From contig QUAH01000008.1 of assembly GCA_003426165.1 (NCBI GenBank), forward strand, positions 23,681-87,680: 64,000 nt of DNA, written 5' to 3'. Made by a program: the position numbers and the translations under genes. Positions 12,958-20,903 of the stretch are shown here, piece after piece (the stretch's first letter is position 1; each line of letters starts with the position of its first letter). Source of the DNA: Candidatus Saccharicenans subterraneus. Lineage in GTDB: Bacteria > Acidobacteriota > Aminicenantia > Aminicenantales > Saccharicenantaceae. The notes below the pieces were generated by a model that was not told the DNA's origin, searched no databases, and worked only from the letters and a program-made list of their open reading frames with translations.

Positions 12958-14121
12958 ATGCAAATCTTCAAAAAAACCCCAAACATTCCGTTCTTAAAAT
13001 ACAAGTGGATTGCCCTGGCCGTGACCCTGATCATCGTGGTGGCCGGCCTGATCAACATCCTGGCCGGAAAGGGACTCAAGCTGGGCGTCGATTTCGGAGA
13101 AGGAACCCTGATCAGGGTTATGTTCAAAGAACCCGTTTCCGTGTCCGAAGTCAGAAAACTTCTGTCTGAAGTCGGGCTGGGCGATAGCATCATCCAGGAA
13201 GCCGGAAAAGAAAGCCGGGAATTCCAGATCCGGACCATGGAAAAAAGGACCACCACCCAGGACCAGGAAATCGAAAGTCACCAGATCCTGGCCGACCGGG
13301 TAATCCAGTCCCTGCAGGGAGAAGAGGACAGGCAAAAACTGGCCCAGGGACTGCTGGACCTGAACAGTATTGACCGGGCCAGCCTGACCAACCTGTTGAG
13401 AAGTGTGGCCCCGGACGAGGCCGAGAACCTGGCCAACAAAATAGTTGATTATAGAACTGAAAAAGGAATCATCGCCAGCTGGGATGAATTGAAAAGAGCC
13501 CCTCTTAACCTGCCCCAGGAGATAACCAGCTACCTCGAAAGCAGAACCTTCCTGGGCAAGATGACGGTCCTCAGCCGGGAAACCGTCGGCCCCCAGGTCG
13601 GAAAAGATTTGAGAAAGAAGGCCACCCAGGCCATCATCTGGTCGCTGATCGGCATGCTGGTCTACATTGCCTTCAGGTTCAAGGGGGTCGAATACGGCGC
13701 GGCCGCCATCTTCACCCTGGCCCAGGACGTCCTGATCACCATGAGCATCTACTCCTTCACGCCAAGAGAAATCAACCTGCCGATCATAGCCGGCCTCTTG
13801 ACCATAGTCGGTTTTTCCATCAACGATACCATAGTCATCTTCGACCGAATCAGGGAGCTCCAGAGGACCATGCGGAGAGAGAAACTGGAAAACATCATGA
13901 ACCTGTCCCTCAACCTGAACCTGTCGCGAACACTGATCACCTCCGGAACGGTTTTCCTGACAGTTCTTTCCCTCTATATTTTCGGGGGCCAGGTCATCAA
14001 CGACTTTGCTTTCCTGATGCTCATCGGGACCATCGAGGGTGTCTACTCCACCATCTTCCTTTCCTGCCCGGTGGTCCTGTTCTGGAACCAGTATTTGAAG
14101 AAGAAAAAATTGCATAAATAA
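12958..14121 (+). CDS. secF: Protein translocase subunit SecF (with inserted HhH-like domain)
   Basis: LGVDFGEGT, VGPQVG, GFSINDTIVIFDRIRE. Confidence 0.96.
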   Translation: MQIFKKTPNIPFLKYKWIALAVTLIIVVAGLINILAGKGLKLGVDFGEGTLIRVMFKEPVSVSEVRKLLSEVGLGDSIIQEAGKESREFQIRTMEKRTTTQDQEIESHQILADRVIQSLQGEEDRQKLAQGLLDLNSIDRASLTNLLRSVAPDEAENLANKIVDYRTEKGIIASWDELKRAPLNLPQEITSYLESRTFLGKMTVLSRETVGPQVGKDLRKKATQAIIWSLIGMLVYIAFRFKGVEYGAAAIFTLAQDVLITMSIYSFTPREINLPIIAGLLTIVGFSINDTIVIFDRIRELQRTMRREKLENIMNLSLNLNLSRTLITSGTVFLTVLSLYIFGGQVINDFAFLMLIGTIEGVYSTIFLSCPVVLFWNQYLKKKKLHK

Positions 14122-14195
14122 TTAAATTTTACTTGTAAAATAGAGGAATTTAATTTATACTTTAATCTAACCTATTCCATAGCGTGAGGTTTAAC

Positions 14196-14966
14196 ATGCC
14201 AGAAGCAAAAAGGCCTAAACAGGGAGAAGAGATACCAAACCTCTTCAAAGATTCCTTTTTTAAGGCCGAGTCGGGGATTAAGAGAAAAGCCTTAGCCCTG
14301 CCCATCGCTCTCATCCTCCACGCTGTCTTTGTTGCCGCGGTAATCGTTATTCCTCTCCTGTCCACCGATCAGCTCCCGAAGGTTGAAGTTTACAGCGCCT
14401 TCCTGGCGCCCCCGCCGCCACCGCCACCGCCACCGCCACCGCCAGCCAAGAGAAAAGCCACCTCTACCAGAACCATCAAGGCTGTTCAGGCCACCACTTC
14501 GGTCGAACCGGGCCGGCTGGTAGCCCCGGTTGACATTCCAGACCAGATTGCTCAGGAAGCGGTGTCTGACATAGGTGTTGAAGGTGGAGTCGAAGGTGGA
14601 GTCGAGGGCGGAGTCATCGGCGGAGTTCTGGGTGGCGTGGTCGGAGGAGTCCTGGGCGGAGTCGTGGGTGAAGTCGAGGAACCGGTCAGAGCTATAGGCG
14701 AAATCAAGCCTCCCAAGCTCATCCATAAGGTCGATCCGGTTTATCCAGAAATCGCCCGCCAGGCTCGGGTTGAAGGCATAGTCATCCTGGAAGCCATCAC
14801 AGACATCTATGGCCGGGTTCAGTCGGTCAAGGTCCTGAGGTCGGTTCCCCTGCTCGACCAGGCTGCTATCGACGCGGTCAAACAGTGGGTGTATGAGCCG
14901 ATGATCATCAACGGCCGTCCCCGTGGGGTTATCTTCACCGTTACGGTGACCTTTAAGTTAAAGTAA
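14196..14966 (+). CDS. tonB: Energy transducer TonB
   Basis: TM helix with LILH, Pro12 tract, GGVx repeats, C-terminal PVYPEIARQARVEG...LDQAAIDAVKQW; GAGGT before ATG 14196. Confidence 0.9.
   Translation: MPEAKRPKQGEEIPNLFKDSFFKAESGIKRKALALPIALILHAVFVAAVIVIPLLSTDQLPKVEVYSAFLAPPPPPPPPPPPPAKRKATSTRTIKAVQATTSVEPGRLVAPVDIPDQIAQEAVSDIGVEGGVEGGVEGGVIGGVLGGVVGGVLGGVVGEVEEPVRAIGEIKPPKLIHKVDPVYPEIARQARVEGIVILEAITDIYGRVQSVKVLRSVPLLDQAAIDAVKQWVYEPMIINGRPRGVIFTVTVTFKLK
14409..14444 (+). repeat. Coding microsatellite including (CCGCCA)5, encoding 12 prolines in TonB
   Basis: Read directly from the sequence. Confidence 0.9.
14583..14666 (+). repeat. Seven degenerate 12-nt repeats encoding GGV[E/I/L/V] in TonB
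   Basis: GGVE GGVE GGVI GGVL GGVV GGVL GGVV. Confidence 0.85.
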
Positions 14967-15011
14967 GAAAAGCTAACAATGGCTTTCGATATTTAAAAGG
15001 AGGTTTTAGTC

Positions 15012-15686
15012 ATGCAATTCGGTTTGATTGAAATGTGGCAGGCCATGGGAGTAGTGGCAAAAACAGTTGCCATCATCCTGATTCTCCTGTCGGTTATCAC
15101 CATCTATCTGTTTATTGAACGTCAGCTGGTCTTCGCCCGGGCCAGGAAAAAATCTCTGGCTGTGGCCCCCAAGCTGGCTGAACTAATGAAGAACGGACAG
15201 CTCAAAGAAGCTATGGCTCTGGCTTCCAAGAAGGAAAATAAAGTCAGCCATCTGGCCAGAGTTACCGCTGCCGGTATCGAAGAATTCCTGGGCGCCAAGG
15301 ATTCCAACCTGACCGTGGAAGAACAGATTGAATCCGCCCAGAGAGGCTGCGAGAGAGCTCGTTCCCTCTTCACCCAGGAACTGAAGAGAGGTTTGAGCAT
15401 CATGGCGACCATCGCCACCTCTTCCCCCTTCATCGGACTGTTCGGAACCATTTTCGGAATCATCAATGCTTTCCGCGGAATGGCCATGACCGGGTCCGGT
15501 GGAATCGGTGCGGTGGCTGCCGGTATCGCCGAAGCTCTGGTCACCACAGCTTTCGGTATTGCCGTGGCCGTTATCGCCCTCTGGACCTTCAACTCTCTGA
15601 ACACCAAGATCGAGGTCTACAATACTGAGATGGAAAACACCACCTCTCAGATTGTTGACTATTTCATCCGCACTTCCGGCAAGTAA
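15012..15686 (+). CDS. exbB: MotA/TolQ/ExbB proton channel protein
   Basis: ATSSPFIGLFGTIFGIINAF, GIAEALVTTAFGI. Confidence 0.92.
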   Translation: MQFGLIEMWQAMGVVAKTVAIILILLSVITIYLFIERQLVFARARKKSLAVAPKLAELMKNGQLKEAMALASKKENKVSHLARVTAAGIEEFLGAKDSNLTVEEQIESAQRGCERARSLFTQELKRGLSIMATIATSSPFIGLFGTIFGIINAFRGMAMTGSGGIGAVAAGIAEALVTTAFGIAVAVIALWTFNSLNTKIEVYNTEMENTTSQIVDYFIRTSGK

Positions 15687-15723
15687 CCTCCGGGTGCTGG
15701 AAATTTACTGAGAGAGGAAAACA

Positions 15724-16149
15724 ATGGGTTTCACAGTATCAATGGGTGGAAAAGAAACCGTAAAGTCCGAACCCAATGTTGTTCCTCTTTGTGACGTTCT
15801 CCTGGTCCTTCTGATCATCTTCATGGTGGTCACCCCGCTGGTTCAGAAGGGAGTTGATGTCCAGCTGCCTTCGGCTCTTAATACCACCCAGATGCCAGAT
15901 AATCCAGACGTGGTCCTGTCGATAAAAGCCGACGGGACGCTCTTCCTGAAAGAACAGAGAGTGACCCTGGAAGGATTGACCATGGCCCTGGAAGAAGCCT
16001 TCCTGCAGGCCGCTGAGAAGAAACTCTACATCAGAGCTGATGCTAACCTGGAATTTGGCAAAATGATCGATGTCATCGACATGATCCGCGAAGCCGGGAT
16101 TGAACTCGTCGGAATAATCACAGAGAGGAAAGCGACTGAGGGTGAATAA
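15724..16149 (+). CDS. exbD: ExbD/TolR biopolymer transport protein
   Basis: NVVPLCDVLLVLLIIFMV with conserved Asp, IRADANL. Confidence 0.92.
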   Translation: MGFTVSMGGKETVKSEPNVVPLCDVLLVLLIIFMVVTPLVQKGVDVQLPSALNTTQMPDNPDVVLSIKADGTLFLKEQRVTLEGLTMALEEAFLQAAEKKLYIRADANLEFGKMIDVIDMIREAGIELVGIITERKATEGE

Positions 16150-16164
16150 GACCCCGTAACTTCC

Positions 16165-17256
16165 TTAGCATTGCCAGGGAAAGGGGAAGGCAAGGTTTTG
16201 CCTTCCCCTTTTTATTTTCCCATAAAATTCCCGCCAGACCTCAACCGTTTCCATGCACAGGTAAAGCCGGTCTTCTGCCCCGAATCCGGCAAACATTTCG
16301 GCCAGCTGCCTGTAAAGCCACTGCCTAAGTGGTCGCGGGTACCTGTATTTCCCTTCCGCAGACCTGATGAACTCATGCTCATAGATGCGACTCTGCGGGA
16401 AACGCCTCCTGGCCAGGGGCAGCAGGCCGGGGGGAAAGCGCAGGCTGCCCAGGCTGACCCAGGCAATGGCCTCAACCGGAACCAGCCGGAAAATCGCTTC
16501 TACCACTCGTTCATAATCCTGGTGCCAGCCCGGGTAGTGGAGGATGGGGTCAAAATGGAAGCCCACCCGGTAGCCATGACCGACTGCCCTGCTTGCCGCC
16601 CGCAACCTTTCTTCCAGCCCGGCCGTTCCTTTTTCTTCTGAAGCTATTACCGCCTGCGGATTTAGCGACCAGGACAGGACTACATTGTCGGCCGGGCTAA
16701 CCCGCAGCAGGGCGGGCGGCAGGCCGGCCTTGCTCTTGAGTTCCAGCCAGAATCCTGGCCGATCCCTGAATCTCTCTATCAGGAAGACTGAATTCTCGGT
16801 CAGCTCGTCCAGGGCCAGGGAGTCGGCCAGTTCCCCGGTTCCTATCCTGGTTATCCCTGATGGCCTTTGCTTGAAAAATTCTTCCAGTTCCGAGCCCAGT
16901 TGCTCCCGGTTAACGGCCACCGTCAGTGGCTGGCCGTCAAGGTAATCCTGAAGTATGCAGTAACTGCAATCGAATGGACAGTTAAGGTCCAGGTCAATTG
17001 TCCAGTAGCCACACCCCAGGCAGCCAGGAGTGCAGGGACAGGGGCGGATGAAGGATGGCTGGGCGGTAATGAATAGATGTTGCTTACTCTCCCCCACCGG
17101 GTCGGAATGCTGCCGGATGAACCGCCTGACGGCTTCGACGCTGTCCACAATTTCCACCGGGCGGCCAGCCAGCCCATCCAGCAGTTTTCGGGTCAGGCCG
17201 TCCTTTTCCACCTTGCGGTCCACCCAGACCTTTTTTATCCTAAGTCCAGCCATCAC
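16165..17256 (-). CDS. Radical SAM protein, spore photoproduct lyase (SplB)-like family
   Basis: NCPFDCSYCILQ (CxxxCxxC), TGELADSL, SWSLNP, EERLRAA, GFHFDPI, GKYRY, YLCME. Confidence 0.85.
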   Translation of the reverse strand: MMAGLRIKKVWVDRKVEKDGLTRKLLDGLAGRPVEIVDSVEAVRRFIRQHSDPVGESKQHLFITAQPSFIRPCPCTPGCLGCGYWTIDLDLNCPFDCSYCILQDYLDGQPLTVAVNREQLGSELEEFFKQRPSGITRIGTGELADSLALDELTENSVFLIERFRDRPGFWLELKSKAGLPPALLRVSPADNVVLSWSLNPQAVIASEEKGTAGLEERLRAASRAVGHGYRVGFHFDPILHYPGWHQDYERVVEAIFRLVPVEAIAWVSLGSLRFPPGLLPLARRRFPQSRIYEHEFIRSAEGKYRYPRPLRQWLYRQLAEMFAGFGAEDRLYLCMETVEVWREFYGKIKRGRQNLAFPFPWQC

Positions 17257-18218
17257 TCCCCTTCATAGTGAAGAAGCTGGAATAGCCGCCTCCACTCCTT
17301 CTTCTCCAGGGTCTCTGATAAAGACTGCAGCGCTTCTTTAAGGTCCGTGACTTCCCCGGCTTCAAGGCTGATTCGCAAAATTGTTTCTTCCAGGGCGCGG
17401 TCGTAATCCAGCCGGACCTTTGGCGGAAGCCCGAGAGTCCTGACCTCAGCCTCGATTGCCCGGTGCAACCCCGATAGAAGCGGGGAATTTTCCTCCCTCA
17501 GGGCGGCCAGCAGGCGGTCAGCAGCCGAGATTTCTCCTTTTAACAAACGCCCGGTCAGCCCGGCCAGTTTTTCCTCCCTGGCCAGGTCTTCCAGGCATTT
17601 TCCCGTCTTTCTTTTAAGCAAATAAAAATTTTCTATTATTTCTCGCTGCTGGTTGCGAGTTAATTTTTCAATCAGCGATAAGAGCCAGGCTCTTTCGGCC
17701 TCGGGAAAACCCAGCAACAGCTCGACGGTAACCGGCTTCCAATCCCGGCGGTGGATTACTTCCAGAAACCTTTCCCCCAGGAGGGAGACTTCGAGCATCA
17801 ATTCCAGCATCCGGCCTTCTGGCGGCAGTTCCAGGAGGGGCAGAAACCGCTCGATGATCTCGTCTGCCCCGAGCCGGAAGTCGTAAAATTTTCTTATGGC
17901 CAGAGATTTCTCGGCCAGGCTGAACGGCCGCTTTGCATAATTCTCAAAAAAAGCCACCAGTAAGACCGCCAGGTCGCCGATATTTTCTGCTATTTCCAGC
18001 GCCGGAAGCTCTTCGAGTCCGCAGGACCGGGCCGCCTCAACCCGCCTCCAGCCGTCAACCAGCACCTGGCGGTCCTGCCGGGCTGTGATGATCACCGGTT
18101 GCAGCACCCCAATTGCCCCGACGGAGCGCAGGAGTCTCTGGTCGACCGGGTTCAGGGTGAAGCGGAATCGCCTGTCTTCCAGGTTGAGGTCGCTGAGCTT
18201 TATGAGCCGATAAACCAT
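17253..18218 (-). CDS. ParB N-terminal (CTPase/sulfiredoxin fold) domain protein
   Basis: LLRSVGAIGVLQPVII, LVDGWRRVEAA (GxRR motif), FFEN, SLAEKS helix; 4-nt ATGA overlap with the downstream radical SAM gene. Confidence 0.8.
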   Translation of the reverse strand: MVYRLIKLSDLNLEDRRFRFTLNPVDQRLLRSVGAIGVLQPVIITARQDRQVLVDGWRRVEAARSCGLEELPALEIAENIGDLAVLLVAFFENYAKRPFSLAEKSLAIRKFYDFRLGADEIIERFLPLLELPPEGRMLELMLEVSLLGERFLEVIHRRDWKPVTVELLLGFPEAERAWLLSLIEKLTRNQQREIIENFYLLKRKTGKCLEDLAREEKLAGLTGRLLKGEISAADRLLAALREENSPLLSGLHRAIEAEVRTLGLPPKVRLDYDRALEETILRISLEAGEVTDLKEALQSLSETLEKKEWRRLFQLLHYEGE

Positions 18219-18326
18219 AACGTCCTTTGCCCAGAATTTTAATCCAGCTCTTTACCTTTGTAAAACTAAAGGACTTCAGCCGGGAATTGCCTCCGGGCCA
18301 TTTTTCTGGTAATTTCAGAGGGAAAA

Positions 18327-19034
18327 ATGAGAAAGGAGCCTTCCATTACCAGGCCGGAATTCTCTGGCCCCCCCTTGCCCGCAGGCCGCTTGATCTATTT
18401 TCCATTCTTTCCTGACAGCGAGCTTCCGGGCCGTTTATCCCGGGAGGCTTCAGCCGGATTAACTGTTGGACCCGGCCGGCTTTTCTTGCTGGACCGGGCA
18501 GCCGTGCTGCTGGGAGGCCTGGGCGCCCCGGCCGGTATCATGGCCCTGGAAAAAATAAGACAGCTCGGGCTAAGAGAAATCCTGCTGCTGAGCTATTGCG
18601 GTTCTCTTTCTCCAGAGCTGGTGATCGGGCAGGTCTTTCTCCCGGTTAAGGCCCTGAGCCAGGAAGGCACCTCCCGTCATTACTCCCGGGCCAGGAACGG
18701 CTTTTATTTCCCCTCGCCGGGGGTAATTAAGGAACTTAGGCAGTTTCTATCGAGGAATAACCTCACCTGGACCGAAGGAGCCATCGTCTCCACCGATGCC
18801 CCCTACCGGGAAACAGTCAGCTGGATGAAAAGTTTGAAGTGGAAAAAAATCATGGCCGTGGACATGGAAATCTCGGCCGTCCTGTCCTTCGCCGCTTTTT
18901 ACCGTCTGAGAGCAGCCGGCCTGTTCATTGTCTCGGACGAGCTGTTCAGCGGACGCTGGAAAAACGGCAGCCACGGCCAGGAAGTTCTGGCAGCCACGGC
19001 TCAATATTTTTATCCTTTAATATTTAATTCCTGA
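18327..19034 (+). CDS. Nucleoside phosphorylase (PNP/UDP family 1)
   Basis: GLGAP, YCGSL, EGTSRHY, STDAPYRET, AVDME, VSD. Confidence 0.8.
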   Translation: MRKEPSITRPEFSGPPLPAGRLIYFPFFPDSELPGRLSREASAGLTVGPGRLFLLDRAAVLLGGLGAPAGIMALEKIRQLGLREILLLSYCGSLSPELVIGQVFLPVKALSQEGTSRHYSRARNGFYFPSPGVIKELRQFLSRNNLTWTEGAIVSTDAPYRETVSWMKSLKWKKIMAVDMEISAVLSFAAFYRLRAAGLFIVSDELFSGRWKNGSHGQEVLAATAQYFYPLIFNS

Positions 19035-19047
19035 AGGGAGCTCCGGC

Positions 19048-20031
19048 ATGAAACCAAGAGTACTGTTAACTCACCCGCTCCTTCCCGAAGCCATGGATTA
19101 CCTGGCCAGCCAGGTGGACCTGGAGCTGGCCACGGAAGAGATGATTCTTCCCCGGGAAGAGCTCCTCGCCAGGATAGAAGACAAGCAGGGACTTCTTTGT
19201 TTCCTGACCGATGCCATTGACCGCGAGGTCATGGACCGGGCCCCGAAACTGAAAATCATTTCCAACTGCGCAGTCGGGGTTAATAACATCGACCTCAAGG
19301 ATGCCTGGAGCCGGGGCCTGCTGGTCACCAATACCCCGGACGTTCTGACCGAGGCCACGGCCGACCTGACCCTGGCCCTCATCCTGGCCACCACCAGGCG
19401 CCTGGTCGAGGCCGACCGTTTCTGCCGGGAAGGCAGGTTCCGGGGCTGGAAGATTGACCTGTTCCTGGGCCTGGAACTTTCGGGTAAGACCCTGGGCCTG
19501 ATAGGTTTCGGGCGAATAGGTCGGGCCGTTGCCAGGAGGGCCAGGGCCTTCAACCTGCGGATAATTTACCAGGACCCCAAACGGCTTGAAGCCTCCCTGG
19601 AAAAAGAGCTGGGGGTGGAATTCCGATCACTGGATGACCTGCTCAGGGAGGCCGACATTATCTCCATCCATGCTTCGCTGACTCCGGAATCGCACCACCT
19701 GATTTCTGCCGAGCGGCTCAAATTGATGAAGAAAACAGCCGTCCTGGTCAACGTGGCCCGTGGTCCCATAGTCGATGAAAAGGCCCTGGTTGAAGCCCTG
19801 AAGACGGGACAGCTCTGGGGAGCCGGCCTCGATGTCTATGAAAACGAACCGGCCATTGAGCCTGAACTACCGAAGCTGGATAACGTGGTCCTGCTGCCCC
19901 ATACCGGCAGCGCCACCCGGGAAACCAGGCAGAAGATGTGTTTCATGGCGGTCGAGAACCTGCTCCAGGGATTGAGAGGGGAAAGGCCGTCCCACCTGGT
20001 GGAGCCGGTTGAGAAGACATCGGTTTTGTAA
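19048..20031 (+). CDS. D-2-hydroxyacid dehydrogenase (glyoxylate reductase / D-glycerate dehydrogenase)
   Basis: AVGVNNID, NTPDVLT, GFGRIG, VNVARG, LDVYENEP, PHTGSAT. Confidence 0.92.
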   Translation: MKPRVLLTHPLLPEAMDYLASQVDLELATEEMILPREELLARIEDKQGLLCFLTDAIDREVMDRAPKLKIISNCAVGVNNIDLKDAWSRGLLVTNTPDVLTEATADLTLALILATTRRLVEADRFCREGRFRGWKIDLFLGLELSGKTLGLIGFGRIGRAVARRARAFNLRIIYQDPKRLEASLEKELGVEFRSLDDLLREADIISIHASLTPESHHLISAERLKLMKKTAVLVNVARGPIVDEKALVEALKTGQLWGAGLDVYENEPAIEPELPKLDNVVLLPHTGSATRETRQKMCFMAVENLLQGLRGERPSHLVEPVEKTSVL

Positions 20032-20035
20032 ATCT

Positions 20036-20896
20036 TCAGGTTTTCAGACCGCCCGGGTTCAGGCTTCCGGTGCGATAACCTTCCAGGTCAAAAGCAACAT
20101 ATTTCCAGCCAAGCTTCTTCAGCCGGCGTACGATCTTCTCCCGGCTGGGCTGACTGATGACCAGAGCCAGCTCATTAGGCCAGACTTCAATCCTGGCCAG
20201 CTCGCCATGGTGGCGCAGCCGGACCTGCGAAAAGCCCATTTTCCTCAGAAAGGTTTCACCGGCAGCAATTCTTTCCAGCCACCTCAGCTCCACTGGCTGC
20301 CCGTAAGGTATTCTGGTAGCCAGGCAGGCATTGGCCGGCCGGTCCCAGTTGGGCAGACCAAAGGACCTGGCCAGAAACCTGATTTCCGCCTTGCCCAGCC
20401 CGGCTTCTTTCAGGGGAGAACCGATGCCCAGCTCGGCCAGGGCCTTCCGGCCCGGACGGTAATCGCGCTCGTCATCCAGGTTGGATCCCTCCACCACCGC
20501 GGACAGTCCTTCACTCCTGGCAATTTCCCTGAGCCTGGTAAAAATGGCCAGCTTACAGTGGTAACAGCGCAGGAGGTCGTTTTTCTTAAAATCCTCCCTG
20601 AGGTAATCGTCCGACTTAATCAGCCGGAAAGGAACGCCGAGTTTGCTGGCTATCTGCCGGGCCTCTCTTATCTCCTGGCGGTGATAGATGGGCGAATCCA
20701 CGGTGACGGCCAGGACCTTGGCCCCGGAATCAGCCGCCGCCTTTAGCAGCAGGCTGCTATCCACTCCCCCGGAAAAGGCTACCAGCAGGCCGTCAAATGA
20801 TTTCAATATTTCAACGAGGCGCTGATACTTGGCAAATGTCGCTTTTTTATTCAGGTTCTTACTCAGGCCGCGCTTTTTTCCGGCTGTTGGTCTCAA
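20036..20896 (-). CDS. larE: ATP-dependent sulfur transferase LarE
   Basis: PP-loop SGGVDS, RCYHCK, DYRPG, NACLATRIP, QVRLRHH, DLEGYRTGSLN; TTG start at 20896 after AAGGAG. Confidence 0.9.
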   Translation of the reverse strand: MRPTAGKKRGLSKNLNKKATFAKYQRLVEILKSFDGLLVAFSGGVDSSLLLKAAADSGAKVLAVTVDSPIYHRQEIREARQIASKLGVPFRLIKSDDYLREDFKKNDLLRCYHCKLAIFTRLREIARSEGLSAVVEGSNLDDERDYRPGRKALAELGIGSPLKEAGLGKAEIRFLARSFGLPNWDRPANACLATRIPYGQPVELRWLERIAAGETFLRKMGFSQVRLRHHGELARIEVWPNELALVISQPSREKIVRRLKKLGWKYVAFDLEGYRTGSLNPGGLKT

Positions 20897-20903
20897 CTGC
20901 CCG

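Noticed and set aside
12994-14115. 373-aa minus-strand ORF (similar long ORFs at 26523-27551, 37389-38630, 40773-41822, 52361-53446, 60463-61539)
   Set aside because: Antisense to well-supported genes; expected from GC-biased codon usage, and no recognisable motifs
14409-14666. Tandem repeats as a CRISPR or mobile repeat
   Set aside because: In-frame coding low-complexity sequence within TonB; no spacers or cas genes
17253-18218. Chromosomal parB / origin region
   Set aside because: No parA, dnaA or gidAB nearby, no parS palindrome noticed, and the C-terminal half is unlike Spo0J
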